A program made the position numbers and the translations under genes. A stretch of DNA of 57,216 nt from an uncultured Streptococcus sp. (lineage in GTDB: Bacteria; Bacillota; Bacilli; Lactobacillales; Aerococcaceae), in NCBI GenBank assembly GCA_963526005.1, contig CAURMP010000001.1, positions 1 to 57,216 of the forward strand, in the 5' to 3' direction. Below are positions 9,790 through 19,636 of this stretch, piece by piece. How positions within the stretch are numbered: position 1 is the stretch's first letter; the number at the start of each line of letters is the position of its first letter. Below the pieces are notes generated by a model. The model did not search any database. It was not told where the DNA came from and saw only the letters and a list, made by a program, of their open reading frames with translations.

Positions 9790-10032
9790 CTACTTTTTGT
9801 CCGTTAACCAGAGGATTTCAACAAAATAATGTCCATTTTTACCCTTAAATCCGTGCTCTGCAATGCGAATTTGATAGGTAAAACCATGGATAATCGCCTC
9901 TCCAACAGTCCCAAACAACCCCATAAGAACCGGATTTCGGTCCAAATCCATATGCCATCCACGAAGCGTTCCGTCTGGATTCTTCAAACTAACCGCATCA
10001 TGATAGTCTAATACCATAGGCTTTTTACTCAT
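9790..10032 (-). CDS. Hypothetical protein
   Basis: 80 aa; translationally coupled (TAATG) to the upstream gene. Confidence 0.7.
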   Translation of the reverse strand: MSKKPMVLDYHDAVSLKNPDGTLRGWHMDLDRNPVLMGLFGTVGEAIIHGFTYQIRIAEHGFKGKNGHYFVEILWLTDKK

Positions 10033-10304
10033 TATTCTTCCTCTTTTCCTTTTATCGCAGCGTCAAATTCCCTATCGTTCAAGTAATAATGATACGAGAG
10101 AATATGCTCTTTACGAATAACTGCTTTCTCCATTGTTTGTGCGGTACGACCATACACAATGGTTACATAATTGTCAGTCATAGTAACTCTTCGAACATGT
10201 CGAAATACTTCTGGAAATTCACCAATCGTAAATCGTTTCTGTTCTTGATATTCTCTAGAGTAGACAGGCACCAATACTTTAAACTCAACTTCTGTGTTAC
10301 TCAT
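10032..10304 (-). CDS. Hypothetical protein
   Basis: Start MSNTEV at 10304 with AAGGAG SD, overlapping the lysin stop. Confidence 0.7.
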   Translation of the reverse strand: MSNTEVEFKVLVPVYSREYQEQKRFTIGEFPEVFRHVRRVTMTDNYVTIVYGRTAQTMEKAVIRKEHILSYHYYLNDREFDAAIKGKEEE

Positions 10305-11220
10305 TAGCGAGTTTCTCCTTAGCATCCTTACCTACAGTCGTTGTGATCTTACCATCAGGTTCAACAGTAAATGCAGGTTTCTCTTCCAGACGTCCATCAG
10401 GAAGTAGCAAATACCAACCATCGTTGTAACGAATAAATGCGTCTGACTTCATATCGCCATTCGTAGCTTCCAAGTAGTACCAGTTATCATAGTATTTAAC
10501 CCAACCAGTAACCATCGCTCCACTACGGTCGAAGTAATACCATTTACCATTGATTTTCTTCCAGCTAGTAGCCATATATCCGTCTTTATCAAACCAATAC
10601 CATTTACCATCAGTGTGTTTGACCCAGTCGTTAGCTACCATATATCCATTCGCATCGAAGTAGAACCAAGATTTATTCTCCTCAATATATTCGAATTTGC
10701 TTGTAGGATAGCTTCCATTCGCATAGACGAACCAATATCCTTTAGAGTCGCTGTTCCATCCAGTCTTCACTTCTTCCACAACAGCATCTGGATTAGTCAA
10801 ACGGTATACATAGAAATATGGACGACCTGCATACAACCAAATATCATCATGGTCATTCACAGTGATTCCATCAAAGCGGTAGTTACAGTGGATGATGTTG
10901 TTTTCATCAATAAAGATACCGGTATGTCCACCAGCACCACTAGAATATCCACGACGTCCCCAGATGAAGATATCCCCACGTTGAGCGTCCCATGGAGTGT
11001 TCTCTGCAATCAATGTATATCCATTATCGATCAACCACTGGTGTTCGTATTCAGTATTCACTGCCCAACCAGCAGATGAAGCTCCACCTGAACGTAGAGC
11101 GTAGTAAATAGAGGATGAACAGTCGTAGCTGTCTTCACCATCACGGTATTCCATACTATAGCTTACTTGCCCTTTACGAGCGCTCATCCATGCAATAGCA
11201 GTTTCTGTATTAATTGTCAT
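10297..11220 (-). CDS. pal: Endolysin, N-acetylmuramoyl-L-alanine amidase (Amidase_5) with choline-binding repeats; Dp-1 Pal-like
   Basis: [13 protein letters not shown]...DSYDCSSS...GGHTG catalytic domain closely resembling Pal; C-terminal repeats [41 protein letters not shown]. Confidence 0.9.
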   Translation of the reverse strand: MTINTETAIAWMSARKGQVSYSMEYRDGEDSYDCSSSIYYALRSGGASSAGWAVNTEYEHQWLIDNGYTLIAENTPWDAQRGDIFIWGRRGYSSGAGGHTGIFIDENNIIHCNYRFDGITVNDHDDIWLYAGRPYFYVYRLTNPDAVVEEVKTGWNSDSKGYWFVYANGSYPTSKFEYIEENKSWFYFDANGYMVANDWVKHTDGKWYWFDKDGYMATSWKKINGKWYYFDRSGAMVTGWVKYYDNWYYLEATNGDMKSDAFIRYNDGWYLLLPDGRLEEKPAFTVEPDGKITTTVGKDAKEKLANE

Positions 11221-11393
11221 TTAGTTTCTCCTTTTAAAAGTTTTTCTGTAGTTTCCTTTGAAATTTTTAATTGTTCACAGATTTCATTCCAGGTACCCGA
11301 CTCAACATAATGAATAGGATTTCCATTCTTATCGTATTCTTTACGTGATGTAGGCCCTAATCGAATTTCTCCAGTATATCCATCATTACTCAT
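11217..11393 (-). CDS. Hypothetical protein
   Basis: Coupled to both neighbours; start MSNDGY. Confidence 0.6.
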   Translation of the reverse strand: MSNDGYTGEIRLGPTSRKEYDKNGNPIHYVESGTWNEICEQLKISKETTEKLLKGETK

Positions 11394-11676
11394 GCACATC
11401 ACCCTTACTTAAGTCAAATTTTGGATTATAATTCCTAAACATTGATGATTTTTCGTCTGGAATTCGAATTTTAGTATTTAGTTTCTCATCAATTTGCTTG
11501 TACAACTCGTATAAATATTCTGGAGCTGGATAATGATGTCGCACGCCGCTTTGTTCTGTTACGATGAACTCAACCGGATGTGCTTCGCCATATATAATCT
11601 CAATGTCTTTGATATCATAGTAAGTGATTTCTTGTAAAGTAGATCGACAGATCACAATAACAATAGATTTACTCAT
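11386..11676 (-). CDS. Hypothetical protein
   Basis: Start MSKSIV at 11676 with GAGGTG SD. Confidence 0.65.
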   Translation of the reverse strand: MSKSIVIVICRSTLQEITYYDIKDIEIIYGEAHPVEFIVTEQSGVRHHYPAPEYLYELYKQIDEKLNTKIRIPDEKSSMFRNYNPKFDLSKGDVHE

Positions 11677-11815
11677 GTCGTACACCTCGTTTCTCAAATA
11701 CATCTTTAATAGTTTCTTCAGTAGCTCCCGCATATCTTAAAAGATCACGAGAAACCATGATAAAGATTTCAAATTGCATTCTATCTTTAAGCGTATCTAC
11801 ATATCTACTCGTCAT
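11669..11815 (-). CDS. Small hypothetical protein (48 aa, not in ORF track)
   Basis: MTSRYVDTLKDRMQFEIFIMVSRDLLRYAGATEETIKDVFEKRGVRHE; GGAGG SD; fills the gap and overlaps both neighbours. Confidence 0.55.
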   Translation of the reverse strand: MTSRYVDTLKDRMQFEIFIMVSRDLLRYAGATEETIKDVFEKRGVRHE

Positions 11816-13532
11816 CATCGTCCTCCAATCCCTCAAAGATCTCTTTAATATCTTCTTTCGGCACTCCCAATTCTTCCAGTAGTGACTTAGTTTTCATAAG
11901 GCCTTTTCCAGAACCACGTGAAGCCATCACGATAACATTACTATTACCGCGCGAACCTTTTATCACAACTCCACGAGCTTTATCTTTTGCTTTGGTCATA
12001 CTACGACCTTTGTTACGATAATATACCCCGCGTAAGATAATTCCACGAATCCATTCACGCAAATATGGTGGGATGCCAGCATTACCCATTAAGACCTCCA
12101 TGTAAGAAACGACATAATTAGGATCGAATTCATTGTCGGTAATACATTTTATGATACGTGAGGTGTCATCATCAAGATCCGCCGGTACCAATATTTCTTC
12201 GTCTCGTTGTTTCATCAATACGACACTAATAATATCATCAGTAACCTCTTCGATAAACTTCTTAAGATAGTCTGTTGGTTTAACGGGTTTATCAGAGGCT
12301 TCTTTTTCTTTATTAAAATCCGTAATATAGTTTTTGATAGAATCGATGACTAATCGAGCATTTTTATCAGAAAGAATACGGAATGATGGAATATCTTTCA
12401 CATGATCGATAATTTTATATGGATCTTCATAATGGTCTATTGCGCAGCGTCCAATATTATAGGTATAATGTTCAATTCCACCTATTGTAGGAAGTTCGCC
12501 TCTCTCGCTTAGTTGCCAAATACGATTCGTACAGTCATCAACGTTCTCTTTAATATAATCGTAGAGTTCCTCTGCCAATTGTGGTTCATGTACAATTTCA
12601 GGACCTAATGGTGTAAATGGAGTTCCTGGTTTTCTCCAAAATTTCATTGTATCTTTGACTGCTTGCATATTGTATCTAAAGATATCTACAATATCCGAAT
12701 GGTCATGTTCTTCACGAACGACTTCCTCGCTAGCTTCGATTAGTTTCTTCATTTCCTCATCTTCTTTGTTAGGGCGTACCTGTTCAACCTTATTGTATTC
12801 TTTCATACATTGAGATTTCAATGAATTCTTATGATTTTGTGAGAAGTTAGGAAACACATCAATATGTTTCTGAAGTTCTGATATTGGAATATTGTTCTTG
12901 ATAATTTCTTTGACGGTAGTTTCCGCAAAATTCACAAACTCATGATATTGCTCTTGGTCATTATAGCCCCATACATCAATTCGAGAATATAGCTCACTTA
13001 GCATTCTATCAATATACATACCAATAGTCTCCTCAGGCAGCTCAGTTTCTATTTCAGCCTCTAAAGATTTAAACCCATTCTCGCATTGGGTCATTTGCCA
13101 ATTTTCACCTGGAGTTCTAAATATGTGCGCTCCATATAATGAGTTAAGCATACGTTTGTGATATAATTCATTATACTTTACATCAGAATCGTCACATGTT
13201 TCGATTAAATCCTTCACCGCATGAAAGTTTTTATTAATAACATCATCTTCCGCCTGTACACCTTTCAACCAGCACGCAGTCATCGCAGCATAGTTAGATA
13301 GGTCCTCAAGGGTGTCTAGGAGGCTCTCAGAGCCCACCTGCTGCGTTTTAGACTCATCCGTGAGGGATTGTAAGCGGAGCATTTTGTCTTGCATACGGAC
13401 CAAACTAGCGATGATTCCGAATTTGTCCAAAGACTCCTCGAATGAGTTGCCATAGTCGTGATTTTTACGACAGAACGTGTCATATTGTCCGTCGTATTGC
13501 GTTTTCATTGTTGTTGGGTTTAATTTAACCAT
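11805..13532 (-). CDS. Protein with N-terminal DUF1599/Nmad1-like (all-alpha NTP-pyrophosphatase fold) domain and a long unknown C-terminal region
   Basis: RKNHDYGNSF...RMQDKMLRL...ESLLDTLEDLSNYA signature; start MVKLNP at 13532 after GAAAGG. Confidence 0.75.
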   Translation of the reverse strand: MVKLNPTTMKTQYDGQYDTFCRKNHDYGNSFEESLDKFGIIASLVRMQDKMLRLQSLTDESKTQQVGSESLLDTLEDLSNYAAMTACWLKGVQAEDDVINKNFHAVKDLIETCDDSDVKYNELYHKRMLNSLYGAHIFRTPGENWQMTQCENGFKSLEAEIETELPEETIGMYIDRMLSELYSRIDVWGYNDQEQYHEFVNFAETTVKEIIKNNIPISELQKHIDVFPNFSQNHKNSLKSQCMKEYNKVEQVRPNKEDEEMKKLIEASEEVVREEHDHSDIVDIFRYNMQAVKDTMKFWRKPGTPFTPLGPEIVHEPQLAEELYDYIKENVDDCTNRIWQLSERGELPTIGGIEHYTYNIGRCAIDHYEDPYKIIDHVKDIPSFRILSDKNARLVIDSIKNYITDFNKEKEASDKPVKPTDYLKKFIEEVTDDIISVVLMKQRDEEILVPADLDDDTSRIIKCITDNEFDPNYVVSYMEVLMGNAGIPPYLREWIRGIILRGVYYRNKGRSMTKAKDKARGVVIKGSRGNSNVIVMASRGSGKGLMKTKSLLEELGVPKEDIKEIFEGLEDDDDE

Positions 13533-13642
13533 TATCTTACCTTTCTGTTTAGCACATATCCCATTGATTACTAGTTTCTTTTTGACTATCATTTGTCTTA
13601 TAATATTTCAGATCAATATATTCTTCTGTCATAACATCTCCT

Positions 13643-13912
13643 TTAATATCCACATCCAGTTCCAGGAGGATATGCTCGATTGAATTTCTCCATAGATTCA
13701 AAATATTCGATCAACGCTATGTTTGACATTGGAATATAAATAGCCTCTCGGTTGTCATCATCTAACTCAATTTTTAGTAGATTGATTCCTTCAGCTAGGA
13801 ACCCATAGTGTTTGACATCTTGATAAAGATGAACCGCAATACCTCTCCCGTTTTTAGCCTCTTTATCGTCTTTGTACTTAACATATAGAACACCATTATT
13901 TTTCTTACTCAT
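13643..13912 (-). CDS. Hypothetical protein
   Basis: 89 aa; overlaps the upstream stop; AGGTAG SD-like sequence. Confidence 0.7.
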   Translation of the reverse strand: MSKKNNGVLYVKYKDDKEAKNGRGIAVHLYQDVKHYGFLAEGINLLKIELDDDNREAIYIPMSNIALIEYFESMEKFNRAYPPGTGCGY

Positions 13913-14429
13913 ACCAGCTACCTACTTTCTCTCCATTTTTTAGTTTATCGAATGTGATAATATCACTGTTTCGGACTTTGAATGTAGTTACTGTTGAACT
14001 TGCTCCTGGCATAGCAAGATAGTGGATAGAAATATCACCATCCACTTTCGTATCTACACTAATATCAACCACCGATCGAATTAACTGGTCTCTAATACTG
14101 CCAGATGATCTATCATACCATCGAAGAAACACATCTATTGTATCAACGGCTGGGATTTTCTTTTTAGTTGCAGCTTCTACTAAGTCATCAATATACTGTT
14201 CATAGTCTGCTTTTTCTTGATACACTACCATTTTGGCAATGTTATCTTTTGGAATATACGTCAGTAGACCTCTCACCGTTTCGTCAGAATATTCCTTATA
14301 GGATTCAATAATCAAAAAGTCATCTAAGAATTTATACCCAGTTACGTCGATAAATAACGTTTCATCATGCGCAGCATTGTCTTTAAACTCAATATCGATA
14401 ACTTTGAGTTTCTCTCTGTCTTGTTCCAT
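13905..14429 (-). CDS. Hypothetical protein
   Basis: 174 aa with AGGAG SD. Confidence 0.75.
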   Translation of the reverse strand: MEQDREKLKVIDIEFKDNAAHDETLFIDVTGYKFLDDFLIIESYKEYSDETVRGLLTYIPKDNIAKMVVYQEKADYEQYIDDLVEAATKKKIPAVDTIDVFLRWYDRSSGSIRDQLIRSVVDISVDTKVDGDISIHYLAMPGASSTVTTFKVRNSDIITFDKLKNGEKVGSWYE

Positions 14430-14438
14430 CAGTCTCTC

Positions 14439-14933
14439 CTAGTTCAAAATATCATCGGCATAGTATCGCGCAATCAATCCTAATTCGTAGCATGTACCTA
14501 CAAATTCATTTAAATACTCATGACGATCATCTTGTTTTACTTGACCTTTATTCTTACGAGTATTCCAACTCGACAACGTAGAGAAATCAAATTGTTCAGC
14601 GGATTGCACAAACACACGGTACAAATAAATGAGAGGGAATTGAATCATCCCGTCTTTAATTTGTAATGAAGTCATCGCTACATTGTTCCATCCGAAGAAA
14701 TAATCCGCTGGATGGACCGGTTCACCAGCAGCTTTTCGCAAGTCTGCTACAGTAATAATACCTCCGCTACGGAGAATATTCAGCATAGAATCTAACCACA
14801 TCGCCAATTGGTCTTCTGCTGTAACTGCGATACCCATTTCCGTTAACTGTTTTGCTTGTTCTTCAAAATGTTTTGCCTTAATAACAGGTACACGTGTAAT
14901 TGGATATTTTTTGTTGTTTACATTAACGCTCAT
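14439..14933 (-). CDS. Hypothetical protein with a GxxTVAD...FGW domain
   Basis: Start MSVNVN after GAAGGAGG; motif shared with 17695-18561 and 19637-20299. Confidence 0.7.
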   Translation of the reverse strand: MSVNVNNKKYPITRVPVIKAKHFEEQAKQLTEMGIAVTAEDQLAMWLDSMLNILRSGGIITVADLRKAAGEPVHPADYFFGWNNVAMTSLQIKDGMIQFPLIYLYRVFVQSAEQFDFSTLSSWNTRKNKGQVKQDDRHEYLNEFVGTCYELGLIARYYADDILN

Positions 14934-15285
14934 TTTCTTTTCCTCCTTCGATAAAATCAATAACTTCTTTCAGATTATTTTCTACAAATTCGATGGTGTT
15001 ATGTTCATCAGTACTAATAGAATGATTACAGTCAAATCCTAAAATAGTAACATCTTTAAAATTTTCTTCATAAGTAATCCCGCCATGCATGATACCATCA
15101 ATATCATCTTTAAATTGTAATTCGGAATTTGGAACAACCACATAGCCACAGTACCAAGTGGTTCTAATTGGCGTAACATCTGCACCAAGAGAAAATAGAC
15201 TGCGAATATCTTTCTCCAAATAACTTATCTTCTTAATATGACACTCATGTTTCTTATATTTAAATTCTTTTACTACATCAATCAT
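14923..15285 (-). CDS. Conserved phage hypothetical protein (WYCGYV...HGGITY...GFDC family)
   Basis: Motif triad WYCGYV / MHGGITY / LGFDCNH, recalled as widespread in phage hypotheticals. Confidence 0.75.
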   Translation of the reverse strand: MIDVVKEFKYKKHECHIKKISYLEKDIRSLFSLGADVTPIRTTWYCGYVVVPNSELQFKDDIDGIMHGGITYEENFKDVTILGFDCNHSISTDEHNTIEFVENNLKEVIDFIEGGKENER

Positions 15286-15967
15286 TTTCTTTCCTACTTT
15301 TCAAATAGTTCTTAACTTCTTCTGCTAATTTTTTCTCATTCTCCTCAACAACCAATGGTTTATTAAGGTTCGACTTGTTTCCTCGTAATCCAATACCAAA
15401 GCGGTCTGCTAAAATAATGTCTTGATTACTATGAATATAACGAGCGTTTGAGCGGAACGACTGCTCCGCTCCGTCAAATAACACTCTTGCAATCATAGAT
15501 TCAGCTGATAACATGAATTCCGTTAGTTGTGGTGCAATATACACCCGCTCAGATTCCAGTTTCAACCGAATCATTTCAAATTTGTGTGTCTCGAGTGAGT
15601 GTGCCATATACTCATCATACTTTAGACCAGTATTCAGCAGTTCACAAATCACTCGTAATAGCATGTCTGTAGATGGGAATACTAATACCCGCAAGTCCCT
15701 TGGACGTTCTGACAAGATAAGATATGGATGTAAGTATCCATCAGTCCCTACAAACAAATCAAACGGCTCGGGGATATAAATACTGATATTCGGGCCATAC
15801 CGAAATCCAGTTAAAAAACCTCCCCCGAGGAAATTTCGAGATGCGTTATCTAGAATAGGCGTGTAATGGTAGGACTTACGAAATCCCTCATAGAGAATAT
15901 GACTCTCTGCTTTCTTTACGTCCACTCTATCATACGCATCAAAAAATGCCATGATGTTTTCAATCAT
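15278..15967 (-). CDS. Hypothetical protein
   Basis: Start MIENIM at 15967 with GGAGG SD. Confidence 0.75.
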   Translation of the reverse strand: MIENIMAFFDAYDRVDVKKAESHILYEGFRKSYHYTPILDNASRNFLGGGFLTGFRYGPNISIYIPEPFDLFVGTDGYLHPYLILSERPRDLRVLVFPSTDMLLRVICELLNTGLKYDEYMAHSLETHKFEMIRLKLESERVYIAPQLTEFMLSAESMIARVLFDGAEQSFRSNARYIHSNQDIILADRFGIGLRGNKSNLNKPLVVEENEKKLAEEVKNYLKSRKEND

Positions 15968-16622
15968 CTGAATCCCTCCAAAACACTTTGTCATTAATAT
16001 ATAATCCATCATTCGGAATGTTATAGATAAATTCCTGCATTCCAAATGACCAGATCTTCAAATCAGGATTGAATAAATACATGTGATGGATCTCACAATG
16101 CATGTTAATGACTTGAATAGCTTTTTCAATCTCTCCTTTAGATAGTAATACAAATAATCGATCCAAGAAGAAATCTCTAACAGCTATATCTTTGTCAATA
16201 ATACAAATATAAGGAGCGCCAAAGGCAGCATCCTTCACAATGAAAAACGGACTGCCCGCATCAATGCTACCTTTGTGACGAATACGTCCTGAACGATTGA
16301 ATATAAATGAGAATCCATAGAGCGGAAACTCAAATAAGGCATCTTTCTCCATTAAATAATGGATGACACTCCATCGATCACTCTCATAATATACTTGCTC
16401 CATGTCAAATGAGGAATCCAAATAGGTTGCTAGTTTGTACCAACGAGTTTCATTATCCTCTGGATCCAATTCTCGAGTCCAGCTAGATAATAACAACTGT
16501 CTTTTCTCAATATACTCTTCTAATTTACCTTCTAAACTCGAATCCATTCCCATGTTACGCAATAGAAATAACGCTATCGCGCACTTTGCTCTAGTTGTCC
16601 ATCTCTTGATACGTTTAAGCAT
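15960..16622 (-). CDS. Hypothetical protein
   Basis: 220 aa; TAATG coupling; GAAGGAG SD. Confidence 0.75.
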   Translation of the reverse strand: MLKRIKRWTTRAKCAIALFLLRNMGMDSSLEGKLEEYIEKRQLLLSSWTRELDPEDNETRWYKLATYLDSSFDMEQVYYESDRWSVIHYLMEKDALFEFPLYGFSFIFNRSGRIRHKGSIDAGSPFFIVKDAAFGAPYICIIDKDIAVRDFFLDRLFVLLSKGEIEKAIQVINMHCEIHHMYLFNPDLKIWSFGMQEFIYNIPNDGLYINDKVFWRDSDD

Positions 16623-17695
16623 TACTTATCTCCTTCAATCCCAAATACGAGCGGCATTTTGTCATCTACAATCAGACTGACTGCGTGGTTATGCTCGTGC
16701 CATAGTGTGTTAGACTCATTGTATTCGTTCTCCGGAATATGGAATAGTCCATAAGTACCATCAGCATTCGCTTTACCTTGACGATGATGTTCGAAGAATG
16801 AAATAATGGTGTCGTGAATAACCGGATCCAAATCAGATTTTAGATCAAGACCCATAGTATCTAGAATCCAATCAGCATACTGCTCGACAGTTCCAATATT
16901 CGTAGCGAATTGCAAACGTGTCGCATAGTAAATAATCGCTTCACCAATAGAAGCCCAGTCTGAATAAATGGTGCCAAATTTGAAGTATTCTGTACGGTCA
17001 CGAATAATATCATCACGTAGGTTATTGTCTCCAATATTCTCTTTTGTTGGAATATACTCCCATGAGAATAAGATTGCCAAGTTATCACGTAGTTCTTCGT
17101 TCTCAATTCCGGCTCTATCCATTACCAATGCACGGTAGTAATCGTATGACTCTTGTGTATTGTCGTCATAAATACGTTTATCGTGCTCCATATCATTCAC
17201 TTTCAAAGCTTTAATTTGTGCTGTCATTTCCCTTGTTTGCTCTATAATATCATTCACAGTGCGTTTGTCATCACGGTGGTTTAAGAGCTTTGTCCCTTCT
17301 TTAAACTTACGTACGTATTCATATACGTTTCCTTCAATATCGTAATGCTCGATTAACTCTTCTGTTAATGGATTGTAGTCAACACCAAATTTCTTCTCAT
17401 ATGGTGTCAATTCACGTTGAATATCTCCTTCCGGAGTTTTATACCAGTCCATTCCATCGTCTGGTAATCCCTCAATCTCACGCTTCGCTTTGTCGAATTC
17501 TTCTTCACGCGCTTTATTTGCTTCTAGTTTTTCCTCCACTTTCTTAGCCTCGGCAGCAGCCACTAGTTCTTCGTACGATAATCCTTCAGCTTCTAGCTGA
17601 TCTTCTTCCTTCCACCATTTGTAAATGCGATAGGCGCCATATCCAGCGCCCGTCACACCTACCAATGTTAAAATAACTTTGACAGGAGCTTTCAT
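16622..17695 (-). CDS. Conserved hypothetical protein, N-terminal membrane anchor and acidic body
   Basis: VILTLVGVTGAGYGAY hydrophobic N-terminus; 357 aa; D/E-rich. Confidence 0.75.
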   Translation of the reverse strand: MKAPVKVILTLVGVTGAGYGAYRIYKWWKEEDQLEAEGLSYEELVAAAEAKKVEEKLEANKAREEEFDKAKREIEGLPDDGMDWYKTPEGDIQRELTPYEKKFGVDYNPLTEELIEHYDIEGNVYEYVRKFKEGTKLLNHRDDKRTVNDIIEQTREMTAQIKALKVNDMEHDKRIYDDNTQESYDYYRALVMDRAGIENEELRDNLAILFSWEYIPTKENIGDNNLRDDIIRDRTEYFKFGTIYSDWASIGEAIIYYATRLQFATNIGTVEQYADWILDTMGLDLKSDLDPVIHDTIISFFEHHRQGKANADGTYGLFHIPENEYNESNTLWHEHNHAVSLIVDDKMPLVFGIEGDK

Positions 17696-18561
17696 TAGTT
17701 CAATTCCTTTCTAGTTTTCTTAGGCATAAGGTCTTTGAAATTAGTTGTAGCATATAGGTTGCGTGGTGTCTTCCAGCGAACGTATAGTTGTGCTTCATAT
17801 TCTTGCTTGTCATCGTTCCATACTTCATGCGTATCCCATTCCAAGAAGAATCCATCTCCATCAGTCCATCCAAATGGTAGAGCAGCTTTCGGTACTTCAA
17901 ATCCAAGCGCATCCAATACTTCTGCAAATGTGATCATACCTACTTTGGAAATACGAGCGGTCATTAGATCGTCTACTTCACGTACCCAAGCTTCATTGTA
18001 TTCTGGGTCATCCGAAGCATAGTTCGAAGAGTATTTAAACCAGCGTCCATAGAAATCGCCTTCATTAGGTATGATTGATTCCACTTCAATTTCTTTACCA
18101 TCGACTTCTACGGATTTAGTTTCCAAAGGTGCGTCAATTTTCTTGAATGTTTCTTCATCTAATACAGTCTTCGCACGTAGACGATAACGAGCATGTTCTT
18201 CTGTGGCCATCGCAAGCGCAGCTGACACAGCCTTCAGACGATTTGTTTGGATAGCGAAACCTAATACAATAGCTGCAGTAGACGCTGTTGCAACTGCCAC
18301 AGGTACCGCTACATCTTTCGCAATATCCATTACTACTTCTTTCTTAGAATATGGGATGTTTGCTTGATCCAATTCTTCGTACTTCGCTTTGGTCTTTTCT
18401 AGTTTCTTACCAGATTTGATTCCTTCATATACAGAATATCCGTATCCTGCAAGACCAACACCAAGTAAAATAAACGGTGCATACTTCTTCGTCAAGATTT
18501 TAGATGTAGTATATGTTGTTTTAGCTGCTGCTTTGATTGTTTTAACGTTTGGTAATTTCAT
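17695..18561 (-). CDS. DUF6353-like membrane-associated protein
   Basis: KKYAPFILLGVGLAG N-terminal segment, second hydrophobic segment, C-terminal ITFAEVLDALG...FGW; start MKLPNV at 18561 with GGAGG SD. Confidence 0.7.
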   Translation of the reverse strand: MKLPNVKTIKAAAKTTYTTSKILTKKYAPFILLGVGLAGYGYSVYEGIKSGKKLEKTKAKYEELDQANIPYSKKEVVMDIAKDVAVPVAVATASTAAIVLGFAIQTNRLKAVSAALAMATEEHARYRLRAKTVLDEETFKKIDAPLETKSVEVDGKEIEVESIIPNEGDFYGRWFKYSSNYASDDPEYNEAWVREVDDLMTARISKVGMITFAEVLDALGFEVPKAALPFGWTDGDGFFLEWDTHEVWNDDKQEYEAQLYVRWKTPRNLYATTNFKDLMPKKTRKELN

Positions 18562-18562
18562 T

Positions 18563-18826
18563 TTACTTTCCTCCAAGAATATCTTTAGCTGACTTTTCGT
18601 CGATATAGTTTTCACACAATAATGTGAACGCTGCATAGTGTTCAGATGTGAATACGGAATGTCCACGAATCTCTTCTGTCTTATGAATATGATCAATATG
18701 GTCAAATGCGATTGTCCATCCGTGATCAATTCCCTTAGTGTACACAATGTTTCTCAAATCTGAGAATAACATTGGACGATTTTCTCTACTTTTAACCTGT
18801 GTTTTTGGATATAGTCTAATTTTCAT
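18563..18826 (-). CDS. Hypothetical protein
   Basis: 87 aa with AAGGAG SD; fills the gap once the DUF6353 start is corrected. Confidence 0.7.
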   Translation of the reverse strand: MKIRLYPKTQVKSRENRPMLFSDLRNIVYTKGIDHGWTIAFDHIDHIHKTEEIRGHSVFTSEHYAAFTLLCENYIDEKSAKDILGGK

Positions 18827-19103
18827 GTAATTTCTTTAACTCCTTTGTGATTTGTTCATACGTTCTATCGATCATTGCGTCAATGACATGCTGCTGTTGC
18901 TGATGACGAATAAATAAGTCTGGCGTATCCCAGAACTCATTCACATAATATCCCTCATCCCTACGGAATAGGAATACCTTTTTGTTGTGTACTATAATAT
19001 AACCTTCCTGGAATTCGTCCATGCTTTCAATGTCTCGCCATGTATCAACGTAAATTCCATTCTTTATAATAATACAACCTAATTTAATTTCCTTTGTTTT
19101 CAT
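18816..19103 (-). CDS. Hypothetical protein
   Basis: 95 aa; ATGA overlap. Confidence 0.7.
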   Translation of the reverse strand: MKTKEIKLGCIIIKNGIYVDTWRDIESMDEFQEGYIIVHNKKVFLFRRDEGYYVNEFWDTPDLFIRHQQQQHVIDAMIDRTYEQITKELKKLHEN

Positions 19104-19285
19104 TTAGATTGTCCTTCCCACCATGTCAAACCAATAAATATATCAATGGCACAAATAAATATAAACGCCCATACGGCTTGTATTTGTAGGTTCAAGATTG
19201 CCCATAGAAACGCTGAAAAGGTGAGCAACGAGAAATTAACCAACAGTATACATAAACCGATTATTATTCCTACAATGAATCTCAT
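19100..19285 (-). CDS. Small membrane protein (two TM segments)
   Basis: 61 aa, almost entirely hydrophobic; ATGA overlap. Confidence 0.7.
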   Translation of the reverse strand: MRFIVGIIIGLCILLVNFSLLTFSAFLWAILNLQIQAVWAFIFICAIDIFIGLTWWEGQSK

Positions 19286-19374
19286 TTGCTTTTACCTACC
19301 CATAGTACCGCCAAAATAATCCAACCAACGGGTGGTGTGCATAACAATACAAGTGTTCCAATCATTTTTTTCAT
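19282..19374 (-). CDS. 30-aa membrane peptide
   Basis: MKKMIGTLVLLCTPPVGWIILAVLWVGKAK; GGAGG SD. Confidence 0.6.
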   Translation of the reverse strand: MKKMIGTLVLLCTPPVGWIILAVLWVGKSK

Positions 19375-19376
19375 TT

Positions 19377-19514
19377 TTACTTTCCTCCAAAGAATACTTC
19401 TAGCACATTAATATAATGTTTCTTTTGTTCGTTGAATTTATTATCAACCGTTGTTACGACGTCTCCGTCTAAATCGATATCCATTAGTTCGTAAGATATG
19501 CCTTTATTATTCAT
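19377..19514 (-). CDS. Small hypothetical protein (45 aa)
   Basis: MNNKGISYELMDIDLDGDVV...; GGAG SD. Confidence 0.55.
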   Translation of the reverse strand: MNNKGISYELMDIDLDGDVVTTVDNKFNEQKKHYINVLEVFFGGK

Positions 19515-19635
19515 TTAGTTTTTCTCCGTGATACTGTTTAATATTACTTATTTTATCTAAATCTTCATAATATAGATTTTCAAAATGTATATGTTTAGCT
19601 GTGAGTCTCTTTAAAAGTTCATCGCTATCAAACAT
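19507..19635 (-). CDS. Small hypothetical protein (42 aa)
   Basis: MFDSDELLKRL...; GGAGGTG SD. Confidence 0.55.
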   Translation of the reverse strand: MFDSDELLKRLTAKHIHFENLYYEDLDKISNIKQYHGEKLNE

Positions 19636-19636
19636 C

